Below are positions 17,037 through 25,221 of a stretch of DNA of 32,000 nt, piece by piece; the first letter of the stretch is position 1, and each line of letters begins with the position of its first letter. The notes below the pieces were generated by a model. That model saw nothing but the letters and a program-made list of their open reading frames with translations. It searched no databases and was not told the DNA's origin. Position numbers and translations under genes: made by a program. Origin of the DNA: Tannockella kyphosi (GTDB taxonomy: Bacteria > Bacillota_I > Bacilli_A > Erysipelotrichales > Coprobacillaceae); the NCBI RefSeq assembly GCF_021054785.1, contig NZ_CP088239.1, positions 240,001 to 272,000 of the forward strand. Reading direction: 5' to 3'.

Positions 17037-18554
17037 ATGAAAAAAAGACCAGTAGTTTTATGTATTTTAGATGGATATGGTTTAAGTGACCAAATAAAAG
17101 GAAATGCTGTAAAGTTAGCTAATACGCCTAACTTAGATGATTTAATGGCTTTATATCCAACAACTTCAATTGAAGCTTGTGGGATGCCAGTAGGATTACC
17201 TGAAGGACAAATGGGAAATAGTGAAGTAGGGCATTTAAATATTGGTGCAGGGAGAACTGTATACCAATCACTTACTCTTATTAATAAAGCAGTTGATGAT
17301 GGAACATTTAATGATAATGAAAAATTCTTAAAAGCAATTAATAATGCGAAAGAAAACAATAGTAAATTACATATTTGGGGATTATTATCAAATGGTGGAG
17401 TACATTCATCAAATGAACATATTTATGCACTTTTAGCTTTAGCTAAAAAAGAAGGTGTCGAAAAAGTATGTGTACATGCTTTCTTAGACGGACGTGATGT
17501 TGCTCCTGATAGTGGGAAAAGCTTTGTAGCAGAATTACAAGAAAAAATAGATGAAATTGGTGTAGGAACGATTGCTTCAGTTTCAGGACGTTACTATTCA
17601 ATGGATAGAGATAAAAGATTTGATCGTGTTGCATTAGCTTATGATGCAATCGTTAAAGGATGCGGAGATAGCTACAAGGATGCTGTTGAGTATGTAGCAA
17701 GTAGCTATGAAAAAGAAGTATATGATGAATTTGTAATTCCAGGATATAACAGTACTATTGATAGTACTATTACAGATAAAGATTCTATTATTTTTGCTAA
17801 TTTCAGACCTGACCGTGCAATGCAAATGGCAAATATTATGACAAATGATGTATATGATGATTTCAAACCTGAAAACAAACCACAAGATTTAGTATTTGTA
17901 TGTATGATGAAATATGCAGATACAGTAAAAGGGGATATTGCTTTTGCTCTTCCTGTTTTATCAAATACATTTGGTGATTATCTTTCAGCACAAGGGTTAA
18001 AACAATTACGTATTGCTGAAACTGAAAAATATGCCCATGTGACATTCTTCTTTGATGGTGGATTCGATAAAGAAATCGAAGGTGCAACTCGTGTATTAGT
18101 AAATTCTCCAAAAGTTGCTACTTATGACTTACAACCAGAAATGTCAGCATATGAAGTAAAAGATAAATTAATTGAAGAATTAGAAAAAGATATTCATGAT
18201 GTAGTTATTGTAAATTTTGCAAACTGTGACATGGTAGGACATACTGGTGTAGTTTCTGCTGCAATTAAAGCAGTAAGTGTTATCGATGAGTGTGTTGGTG
18301 AAGTTTATGAAAAAGTATTAGAATTAGGTGGAACAATGTTAATTACTGCAGATCATGGTAATAGTGAAAAATTAATGGATGAAGTTGGTTCACCATTTAC
18401 TGCACATACTACAAATCCAGTACCTTTAATTTTAACAAATACACACTTACAATTAAGAGAAGGTGGAAAATTAGGAGATTTAGCTCCTACAATGTTAGAC
18501 TTATTAGGATTAGAAATTCCTGCTGAAATGGATGGAGTATCATTATTAAAATAA
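17037..18554 (+). CDS. gpmI: 2,3-bisphosphoglycerate-independent phosphoglycerate mutase
   Basis: ILDGYG, MGNSEVGHLNIGAGR, FLDGRDV and TADHGN motifs, and a 505-aa length typical of iPGM. Confidence 0.95.
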   Translation: MKKRPVVLCILDGYGLSDQIKGNAVKLANTPNLDDLMALYPTTSIEACGMPVGLPEGQMGNSEVGHLNIGAGRTVYQSLTLINKAVDDGTFNDNEKFLKAINNAKENNSKLHIWGLLSNGGVHSSNEHIYALLALAKKEGVEKVCVHAFLDGRDVAPDSGKSFVAELQEKIDEIGVGTIASVSGRYYSMDRDKRFDRVALAYDAIVKGCGDSYKDAVEYVASSYEKEVYDEFVIPGYNSTIDSTITDKDSIIFANFRPDRAMQMANIMTNDVYDDFKPENKPQDLVFVCMMKYADTVKGDIAFALPVLSNTFGDYLSAQGLKQLRIAETEKYAHVTFFFDGGFDKEIEGATRVLVNSPKVATYDLQPEMSAYEVKDKLIEELEKDIHDVVIVNFANCDMVGHTGVVSAAIKAVSVIDECVGEVYEKVLELGGTMLITADHGNSEKLMDEVGSPFTAHTTNPVPLILTNTHLQLREGGKLGDLAPTMLDLLGLEIPAEMDGVSLLK

Positions 18555-18577
18555 TCCATAAGTTTCAACTTGTATTC

Positions 18578-19069
18578 ATGATGTTATGCATAGTTAGTGG
18601 TTGTACTAGTACAACTACTAACTATATTTTTAAAGATGAAAATAAATCAGGGATTTATGCAATAGAGTATGATGCTTTACAAGAAATGATAAATAATGAG
18701 GAAACATTTTTATTATATATTGGTCGAGAAGATTGTTTAGATTGTAATAATTTTTATCCTATCTTAGAAGATTTACTTGCTAATAATGAGGGAACCTATG
18801 TTTATTATTTAAGTATTTTAGAATATCGAAATAGTGCGATGGAGGAAGATGCTTCTTTAGAAGAAATAGAGTTTTATGAAAACTTGCAAGAAACATTTGA
18901 ATTTGATTGGGTACCTTCTATTAAGATGATTAGTTCAGGTGAAATAGTAGATCATTATCAATATTTAGATAATGATTATTACGAAATAGAAAATGAAGAA
19001 GAACAACAAGAAGAATTAGAAAGACAATTAGAGTATTTTGAAACATGGATACTCCAATGGTTTAAATAG
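18578..19069 (+). CDS. Thioredoxin-fold protein with a CxxC motif (CLDC) and a lipobox-like IVSGC; the start codon is uncertain and may lie upstream at a non-ATG codon
   Basis: FLLYIGREDCLDCNNFYPILEDL resembles the thioredoxin-like bacteriocin-transport-accessory family as recalled. The ATG at 18578 has no SD. See the finding on an ATT/ATA start at 18545-18551. Confidence 0.55.
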   Translation: MMLCIVSGCTSTTTNYIFKDENKSGIYAIEYDALQEMINNEETFLLYIGREDCLDCNNFYPILEDLLANNEGTYVYYLSILEYRNSAMEEDASLEEIEFYENLQETFEFDWVPSIKMISSGEIVDHYQYLDNDYYEIENEEEQQEELERQLEYFETWILQWFK

Positions 19070-19077
19070 GTGATAAA

Positions 19078-19848
19078 ATGAAAGAATGTCCAAACTGTAA
19101 AAAGAAAATAAGTGAACAAACAAAAGTATGTCCCTATTGTGGCAAAGAAATAGGTTATCAAAGAATTCAAAAAGGACAAAAAAGAATAACAAAAAGAAGA
19201 AGTGTTTTAGCTATTGTTGCTACCTTTGTTATATCTTCTATGATTAGTGTTTATTTTTTGTTTGATGATGATTATTTTTCAGAATTAGCATTATATTTAG
19301 ATGATGATACTTTTGCTACTTTAAATGAAGGTGATGAAGAATATATAGAAGCTATTGCTTCTTTTGAATCGGGTCTTCAAAATACCTTAGGAGATGAAAT
19401 AAGTATTTCTAAATCTTATTCATTTAGTGGAAGTAGTGGAGATTATGCTTATTTTTATCCGGTTTATAGTATTGCTTTTGGGGATACTGCTATGAAATTA
19501 GAGATAGAATATGATTTAGCATCAGATAATGATTATGTAGAAGTATTTTATACAATAGGTGAATTTACTAGTTTTGAAGAAATGGTAGATGCATTGATGG
19601 TGGAAGAATATTTTATGAGTGTGATTGATTATTTTAGTGCTGATGAATATTTAATTAGTGAAACGGTGGAAGCTTTTGTAAACCTAGAAGAAGAGTTTGA
19701 AGAAAAGAAGGATGTTATAGGGAATTATGGAATTCAAGTTGATTCTAGTAATGATTCTTCGCAGTGTATGATTGTGATTACTCAGTCTGGAGAAGGCTAT
19801 TATTTAAAGCAATTATGGACTGGTTTATTTGAAGATGATATATTTTAA
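19078..19848 (+). CDS. Zinc-ribbon, single-pass membrane protein with an acidic extracytoplasmic domain (hypothetical)
   Basis: N-terminal CPNC-x10-CPYC zinc ribbon, a basic linker, then TM helix VLAIVATFVISSMISVYFLF. RBS AGGTGA. It begins 8 nt after the upstream gene. Confidence 0.6.
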   Translation: MKECPNCKKKISEQTKVCPYCGKEIGYQRIQKGQKRITKRRSVLAIVATFVISSMISVYFLFDDDYFSELALYLDDDTFATLNEGDEEYIEAIASFESGLQNTLGDEISISKSYSFSGSSGDYAYFYPVYSIAFGDTAMKLEIEYDLASDNDYVEVFYTIGEFTSFEEMVDALMVEEYFMSVIDYFSADEYLISETVEAFVNLEEEFEEKKDVIGNYGIQVDSSNDSSQCMIVITQSGEGYYLKQLWTGLFEDDIF

Positions 19849-19868
19849 GATGCTTCGGCATCTTTTTT
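19847..19868 (+). terminator. Intrinsic terminator (UUCG tetraloop)
   Basis: Stem AAGATGC pairs with GCATCTT around loop TTCG, followed by T6. Confidence 0.75.
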
Positions 19869-19869
19869 A

Positions 19870-19897
19870 ATGACAAATAGTTATTTTTTTGTATAAT
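19870..19897 (+). promoter_or_regulatory. Candidate hisC promoter (ATGACA-16-TATAAT)
   Basis: -35-like ATGACA at 19870-19875 and -10 TATAAT at 19892-19897. Confidence 0.4.
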
Positions 19898-19928
19898 TAA
19901 TAAAAAGGAATTAAATAGGGGGAATAGT

Positions 19929-20981
19929 ATGAGCTGGAGAGAATATGTTCGAGATGTGGAGCCTTATGTAGCAGGAGAACAGCCAAAAATAGTAGACTTA
20001 ATTAAATTAAATACGAATGAGAATCCATATGGACCATCTCCATTAGTGAGAAATGTTTTAGAACAATACAATGAAGAACGTTTGAAATATTATCCAAATA
20101 GTGATGGAGAAGAATTGTGCAAAAGTATTGCCCAATATTATGGAATAGACCAACAACAAGTATTTTTAGGAAATGGTTCTGATGAAGTATTAGCTTTGTC
20201 TTTTTTAACTTTTTTTAATGGAAAGAAGCCAATTCTTTTTCCAGAAATCACGTATTCATTTTATCCAGTATACTGTGAATTATATAAAATACCATTCACT
20301 ACAATACCAATGCAAGATGATTTCTTGCTTTCAAAAGAAGCTTTTTTTAAGGAAAATAATGGAATTATTTTCCCTAATCCAAATGCACCAACAGGACTAT
20401 TGGTAGATTTACAATTTATTGAAGAAGTTGTTTGCTATAACAAAGAAAGTTTAGTTATTATTGATGAAGCATATATTGATTTTGGTGGTGTTTCAGCATT
20501 GCCATTATTAGAAAAATATGAAAATATATTAATTATTCAAACTTTTTCTAAATCAAGATCATTAGCTGGTGCTAGATTGGGATTTGCAATGGGAAGCAAA
20601 GAAGTGATAGCAAAATTATATGACGTTAAAAACTCATTTAATTCTTATCCTATCGATAGCATTAGCCAAACGATTGGAAAAGTGTGTATGGAAGATCAAA
20701 ACTATTTTAAAGAATGTACCAATAAGATTATTTCTTCAAGAGAATATACTTGTCAGGAATTAAAAAAACTAGGGTTTATCGTACCAGATAGTTACGCTAA
20801 TTTTGTATTTGTAAAACATCCAGATTATAGTGGTAAAGAATTATATGATTATTTAAGAGAAAATAAAATATTAGTTCGTCATTGGAATAAAGAAAAAATA
20901 AGTGATTATTTACGTATTACGATTGGTACTCAAACAGATATGGAAACAATGTTAGAATGTTTAAAAAGGAAGCTATTATAG
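19929..20981 (+). CDS. hisC: Histidinol-phosphate aminotransferase family (class II PLP aminotransferase)
   Basis: LNTNENPYGPSP motif, a PLP-lysine context QTFSKSRSLAGARLGF, and LRITIG near the C-terminus. No other his genes are nearby, so the substrate assignment is tentative. Confidence 0.8.
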   Translation: MSWREYVRDVEPYVAGEQPKIVDLIKLNTNENPYGPSPLVRNVLEQYNEERLKYYPNSDGEELCKSIAQYYGIDQQQVFLGNGSDEVLALSFLTFFNGKKPILFPEITYSFYPVYCELYKIPFTTIPMQDDFLLSKEAFFKENNGIIFPNPNAPTGLLVDLQFIEEVVCYNKESLVIIDEAYIDFGGVSALPLLEKYENILIIQTFSKSRSLAGARLGFAMGSKEVIAKLYDVKNSFNSYPIDSISQTIGKVCMEDQNYFKECTNKIISSREYTCQELKKLGFIVPDSYANFVFVKHPDYSGKELYDYLRENKILVRHWNKEKISDYLRITIGTQTDMETMLECLKRKLL

Positions 20982-20990
20982 CTTCCTTTT
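20963..20990. terminator. Bidirectional terminator shared by convergent hisC and yaaA
   Basis: 8-bp stem GGAAGCTA (20968-20975) pairs with TAGCTTCC (20979-20986), flanked by A5 and T4 runs. Both stop codons lie inside the hairpin. Confidence 0.65.
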
Positions 20991-21689
20991 ATCAAACATA
21001 AAAACTAAATGATGACTAGTTGAAAGGTTTTCTTGGTAACAATAACCATCTACCTCTAGTTTTATTAATTGTTCTATTGTTTGAATATTATTTTTAATAC
21101 AAGCATGGAGCATCATCCCACGAGCTTTTTTAACATGCATTGCATTACGAGTCAGAGTAGGTCCATTTTTAACCACAAAATCAATTTCAATTATATTAGG
21201 ATGTTTTAACATACTGGAATATTCTTTGGAAGCTAAACTAATGATGAAATCTTCTTTTTCAAAGTAATTATCAATGCTCTCTTGCCAATAATGATAAAGA
21301 GAGATAGGAAACTTTGTTAACATATCTAAGCGATAAGGAGAAACTTCATCACTTGGTAGTAACAAACCATAGTAACTAGAAAGGATTCTAGTGTAGTTAT
21401 TGATATATTGTCTTTCTTGAAGAGAATAACTATTTAATTGCAATTGTTTAAAAACAGTACCTGTGTATAAATAAATTGCAGAACTATTTATTTCTTTATG
21501 ATGTATATGCTTATATACATCGTCAACTAGTGCAAAAGATATTTTAAAGTTAGTATGAATTTCTTCTTTGGACATTGATTCTAAGATATTTTGGATGTAT
21601 TTTGTTTTTTCTAAAAACAAGGGTTTTGTAGTAGCATCATGATTTGATGTTTTTATCATTTGTTTGGTAGGACTAACTATAATTTTCAT
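20976..21689 (-). CDS. yaaA: Peroxide-stress protein YaaA (DUF328)
   Basis: MKIIVSPTKQM matches the YaaA N-terminal pattern (M.I.ISPAK). I prefer the ATG at 21689 (RBS GAGGTG 5 nt upstream) to the track start at 21716. Confidence 0.85.
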   Translation of the reverse strand: MKIIVSPTKQMIKTSNHDATTKPLFLEKTKYIQNILESMSKEEIHTNFKISFALVDDVYKHIHHKEINSSAIYLYTGTVFKQLQLNSYSLQERQYINNYTRILSSYYGLLLPSDEVSPYRLDMLTKFPISLYHYWQESIDNYFEKEDFIISLASKEYSSMLKHPNIIEIDFVVKNGPTLTRNAMHVKKARGMMLHACIKNNIQTIEQLIKLEVDGYCYQENLSTSHHLVFMFDKRKL

Positions 21690-21706
21690 AAATTCACCTC
21701 TAAGTG

Positions 21707-21715
21707 AGTATATCA
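21707..21715 (-). promoter_or_regulatory. Extended -10 TGATATACT for yaaA
   Basis: The reverse complement of 21707-21715 reads TGATATACT, 17 nt upstream of the yaaA ATG. Confidence 0.4.
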
Positions 21716-21730
21716 TATATAGATAATATG

Positions 21731-21739
21731 TGGTATAAT
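21731..21739 (+). promoter_or_regulatory. Extended -10 TGGTATAAT for the nucleoid-associated protein gene
   Basis: A perfect TGnTATAAT lies 15 nt upstream of the ATG at 21755. It sits inside the longer track ORF, which argues for the downstream start. Confidence 0.4.
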
Positions 21740-21754
21740 TTCGTGGGTGATAAA

Positions 21755-22759
21755 ATGAATACAGTAATTATAGATAAAATTTTAGTCCATATGATGGATA
21801 TGGAACATAGCCAATTAATATTTTCTCAAGAATTTATTAGTTTGGAAGAAGGAACAACTGAATATTATGACAAAAAAATAGAGAAAACAATTTCTTCAGC
21901 TACAAAAAAAGAAATAGTAGTAGGACAAAATCATAGCTTGTTTCAAGATTCAAAAAAGATGTTTGAAAGTAAGGAACAGTTTATGGATGGTAGTAAAAAG
22001 ATTACGAAAGAGTTATTTGAAATTGTAAAACAAATTGAAATGATGCCAAATAGTAATTTACTATTCGTAGAGTGTAAAATAGATGGTAGAAAACATTTGT
22101 TAGTTATGAAATTGAATTATAAAATGACTCCAGTATCTATTATTGAAGAAGTAGATGGGCAGCGTGTTGTGAAAATTGTAAACAGACAAACACTACCTCC
22201 TAAAACTACTGCAGTGGATGATGCTATTATTGTTGATGTAGAAAGTCAAAAATTATTTATTATTGAAAAACGTTATACAATTGATGGGAAACCAGGATGT
22301 TTTTTAAATGATGTATATATCAAAGGAGAACCAAAGCTTACAGATAAACAAAAGTTAAGTTTAGTTAATAAGGTTGTTCAAGCGGTAGATAGTGAATTTA
22401 GGGTTGTGGAAGGAAGTCCATTACCTTTTGTAAAACAAGAAGTAATTCAATTAGCGTTAGATCATCAACCTATTAAACCACTTGCTTTAGCAAAAAAAGT
22501 AGTGGAAAAAGATTATGAAGCAACAAAGAGAGTAGAAGAGATCATGAGTGATATCGGTATTTTTGAAGAAGATAGAATTGAGCATTTCCCAGGGAATATT
22601 GATAAATTAGGTAGATGTAAGTTATATCTTGATGATAATACAGTTATTGAACTTGATTTAGATGATTATTTAGATGGTCGTAATATTGAAAAGACAATGC
22701 AAGAAAATGGTTTTCAAACAATAACTTTATCCAATATTAAAGATATTATTGTAAAATAA
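21755..22759 (+). CDS. Nucleoid-associated protein, NA37/YejK-like family (Firmicutes type)
   Basis: The N-terminus MNTVIIDKILVHMMD matches the recalled family pattern (M.I.I.KAILH.LD), and length and organisation fit. The start is chosen by promoter position and by overlap of the longer frame with yaaA. Confidence 0.65.
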   Translation: MNTVIIDKILVHMMDMEHSQLIFSQEFISLEEGTTEYYDKKIEKTISSATKKEIVVGQNHSLFQDSKKMFESKEQFMDGSKKITKELFEIVKQIEMMPNSNLLFVECKIDGRKHLLVMKLNYKMTPVSIIEEVDGQRVVKIVNRQTLPPKTTAVDDAIIVDVESQKLFIIEKRYTIDGKPGCFLNDVYIKGEPKLTDKQKLSLVNKVVQAVDSEFRVVEGSPLPFVKQEVIQLALDHQPIKPLALAKKVVEKDYEATKRVEEIMSDIGIFEEDRIEHFPGNIDKLGRCKLYLDDNTVIELDLDDYLDGRNIEKTMQENGFQTITLSNIKDIIVK

Positions 22760-22764
22760 AGAAT
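22757..22764. repeat. Target-site duplication, left copy (TAAAGAAT)
   Basis: Identical 8-mers at 22757-22764 and 25249-25256 directly abut the two IS termini. The left copy contains the TAA stop of the upstream gene. Confidence 0.7.
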
Positions 22765-22791
22765 GGCACTATAAATAGTTCTGGGGTATAG
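22765..22791. repeat. IS terminal inverted repeat (transposase-distal end)
   Basis: GGCACTATAAATAGTTCTGGGGTATAG compared with the reverse complement of 25222-25248, GGTAGCTTAAATTAACTTGGGGTTTTG. Conserved blocks are GG, TAAAT and TGGGGT. Confidence 0.6.
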
Positions 22792-22896
22792 TACTTATTT
22801 GGCTATAAGATAACTTGGGGTTTTATCGAAACCCCAAAGTTTATAGGACTAAGAAGAGTGTTTTAAAACTTATGTTTTAGGGAAATGACAATGATA

Positions 22897-24345
22897 CTAG
22901 GTATCTTGTTGTTTCTCTTTTTTTATTGGATTGAGATGCATGGTGCTTTCGCTATTTAGGGCAAAGAGTATACGATTACGGAATCTTGGCCAACAACGGA
23001 ATCCGTTACCACCACGTTTAATATCTTTGATTAGTTTATTTCTATTTTCTATAATCGCATTGGTTGCAGTTCTAGGAACAGGGGAATCTATAGGTATAAA
23101 TGAATGGATGATTCCTTTCTTCCATTCTTTTAATGTAGAAGCATATTTTCTCATGTCTGGGAGGGTACTTTCTTCAAATTCTTTAATCACTTCATCTAGA
23201 TTATGTTTTGCATTCTTATAGGTTGATTGCTTATAAAATCGAACCAGAGATTCCTTTAGTTCTACTGCTTCTGTTAATCTAGGATCACAATGATAGACAA
23301 GGTCATATAAATCATAAAAGTTAAGGAACTTACTTAATGCATAGTTATATTTCTTTTCATTATTAGGGTCTAAAGCATAGTATTCAATTATCTTTCCATT
23401 TTCTCTTTTTTTCTTTTTCTTATGATTGGTATGGATTAACCAATTGAATTTCTTTAATACATAGTATGTATGTTTCTTTTGAATGATTTCTGCTTTCTTA
23501 TCAGGCGGTAGAGCGTCTAATTCTTTTGCACTAATCTTCACATAGTTTTCATTCATAACATCAATACGTATACGATCTACACGTTTTGTAAGATCGGCTA
23601 GAATATGATACTTATCTACTACAAACTTACTATTGGGTAACATCTTTTTAGCTACATCACGATATGTTTTCCAACAGTCAGAAACAACGAGTTCAACACC
23701 TTCTCTTTCCTCTAAAGGGATAGCTTCAAAGTAACGTAATAGATCTAACTTTTTACGTGAAGGTAATATATCAACAACATCCTTGGTTAGTAAATCAACG
23801 AGGACAAAACAGTAGTTACTCTTGTCATATTTGAACGCATAATTTTCGTCCAGGCACAAGTATCTAGGAAGAGTTTTTCTGGCTACAGAAACATGTTGAT
23901 CAAACAAATTGATTACGGAGGTAGTAGAAATATGATAACGTGCAGCAACATCACTAAAAGTAGCTCTAGGACTTTTGAATTCTTCAATGACATTATATAC
24001 GGTCAAGGCAGAAATTCTTGCTTTTTCATGGGTGAACGGATTTTCTTCATAGAATGATTTTCCACATATTTTACAACGATATCTTCTAGCGTTATAGAAG
24101 ATATAGGTCGGTTTAGAGTGTAGTAAGGAATGTGTGATTTTTTTAGGAACATAGTCTTTTACAGTATTGGTCTTATTATGACAACATGGACATGTTTGAT
24201 AACATCGGCTTAGTTTTACATGAATTTCTAATTCATTAAACAAAGTAGGACGTATTTCAAAGCTATCAATACGTTTTGCTTCTAAATTGAATAACTGTAA
24301 GATGTCATCACGGCAAATGGACATAGTGAGAGTATCATCATTCAT
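22897..24345 (-). CDS. ISL3-family DDE transposase
   Basis: N-terminal zinc finger (CPCC...C..C), an HTH segment (ATFSDVAARYHISTTSVINLF) and a DDE core (LCLDE...VSDCW..Y..., ATNAIIENRN.LIK) are typical of ISL3 transposases. 482 aa. Confidence 0.9.
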   Translation of the reverse strand: MNDDTLTMSICRDDILQLFNLEAKRIDSFEIRPTLFNELEIHVKLSRCYQTCPCCHNKTNTVKDYVPKKITHSLLHSKPTYIFYNARRYRCKICGKSFYEENPFTHEKARISALTVYNVIEEFKSPRATFSDVAARYHISTTSVINLFDQHVSVARKTLPRYLCLDENYAFKYDKSNYCFVLVDLLTKDVVDILPSRKKLDLLRYFEAIPLEEREGVELVVSDCWKTYRDVAKKMLPNSKFVVDKYHILADLTKRVDRIRIDVMNENYVKISAKELDALPPDKKAEIIQKKHTYYVLKKFNWLIHTNHKKKKKRENGKIIEYYALDPNNEKKYNYALSKFLNFYDLYDLVYHCDPRLTEAVELKESLVRFYKQSTYKNAKHNLDEVIKEFEESTLPDMRKYASTLKEWKKGIIHSFIPIDSPVPRTATNAIIENRNKLIKDIKRGGNGFRCWPRFRNRILFALNSESTMHLNPIKKEKQQDT

Positions 24346-24473
24346 AATCTATCACCACCCCAAGATAAATCATAGCTTATAGCTGCTTTATTTGATAATT
24401 TCATCATTATCAACTCCTTCTTTTCTTTATCTATCTTTAGAATAATAAAAAAAGAAGAAGATGAATAGGAATC

Positions 24474-24998
24474 CTATGTTGGTATAGTATAAAAACAATA
24501 GGAATAATGAGGACTTATCATAAATCCTCTAGAATAATGATAATAGTAATTTTCAAGAAATGTATTATTAGAAAGTATCGAGATACTTTCTATAGAACAG
24601 TAGTTAATAAAGCGATGAATAATATGTTGGATCCAACGTAAGTCCAATAATGGATTGGTAGAAAGAATAGTATCATAAGTACTATGTGTATGATAAGCAT
24701 GAAGAATCGCAAATATGTCTTTTGATAGTAATTGACAACCAGGAAGTAATACAGAAGGAATCAATGCATGATGACGACAAGTACAATAAATATTCGTACA
24801 ACATACTCTTTGAATTTGTATAGAATTAGATTTTCCATTTGTTTTTAAAGTACGTGAATACGTACCATAACGAATAAGTCTAGCACCACAATTTGGACAA
24901 GTAAGTTCTTCTAAAGGAATAGATTGATAGAAATCAATAAAATATTGTTGAATATTTGTAGTAGTAGTATTGAAGTTCTTTGAATTTACATGTATCAT
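24474..24998 (-). CDS. IS-encoded Cys-rich accessory protein (resembles DUF6431-type zinc-ribbon proteins)
   Basis: The ATG at 24998 lies 10 nt after RBS AAGGAGG; the track start at 25118 has no RBS. The pattern CPNCG-x..-YGTYSR...I.I.R..C....C...H.LIPS.LLP matches my recollection of DUF6431, which is unverified. Confidence 0.6.
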   Translation of the reverse strand: MIHVNSKNFNTTTTNIQQYFIDFYQSIPLEELTCPNCGARLIRYGTYSRTLKTNGKSNSIQIQRVCCTNIYCTCRHHALIPSVLLPGCQLLSKDIFAILHAYHTHSTYDTILSTNPLLDLRWIQHIIHRFINYCSIESISILSNNTFLENYYYHYSRGFMISPHYSYCFYTIPT

Positions 24999-25221
24999 AA
25001 TAGTGCAACCTCCTTTGTGAGTGTTGGTGTTAAGAGAGTAACGCAGAACCGGCAAAGTTGATAGCGTCTCTCTTTTTTTATTATCATAACATAAAAAGCT
25101 ATTAGGAATGTAGAGCACTACAAACTAATAGCTTATTTTTAGAAATATTCGAATTGTGGATAATAAACCCCATAAGTTTAAAGCGAAAAAGATGAAAACC
25201 CCAAGTTAATGGAAAGCAGGA

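Noticed and set aside
19849-19928. Looked for a T-box, riboswitch or leader peptide upstream of hisC, secA, ftsE and gpmI.
   Set aside because: The leaders are short (about 30-80 nt) and contain only promoter and SD elements. There are no specifier or antiterminator-like structures and no conserved riboswitch cores that I can recognise by eye.
21701-21745. AT-rich quasi-palindromic stretch (AGTATATCATATATAGATAATATGTGG) considered as a dif/Xer site, because + strand and - strand gene blocks converge nearby (22.8-25.3 kb), which could mark a replication terminus.
   Set aside because: It matches the Firmicutes dif arms poorly (ACTTCCTAGAA / TTATGTAAACT as recalled) and is better explained as two divergent -10 elements. 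The strand switch involves only one operon (addBA) on the right, and pth-mfd and secA-prfB are origin-proximal in Bacillus. Terminus assignment would need genome-scale GC skew.
22801-22826. Alternative IS boundary at 22801 (GGCTATAAGATAACTTGGGGTTTT), which matches the other terminus better than the 22765 end does.
   Set aside because: No direct repeat flanks a 22801 boundary (ACTTATTT versus TAAAGAAT). The 22765 boundary gives a perfect 8-bp duplication and a sensible empty site. I interpret 22801-22826 as an internal repeat copy. This remains unproven without other copies of the IS.
855-23221. Many 60-120-aa ORFs in the track lie antisense to or inside conserved genes: 855..1040, 980..1177, 3105..3338, 5692..5928, 7496..7855, 7501..7692, 7868..8140, 8328..8570, 8467..8664, 9581..9802, 9842..10075, 13815..14072, 16997..17359, 17443..17649, 17634..17885, 17863..18111, 18353..18568, 18979..19179, 20218..20406 and 22931..23221.
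   Set aside because: All are embedded in well-supported genes and lack SD sequences. Their compositions are low-complexity and rich in Leu, Ile, Phe and Ser, as expected from reading AT-rich coding DNA in the wrong frame. They have no independent promoters or terminators.
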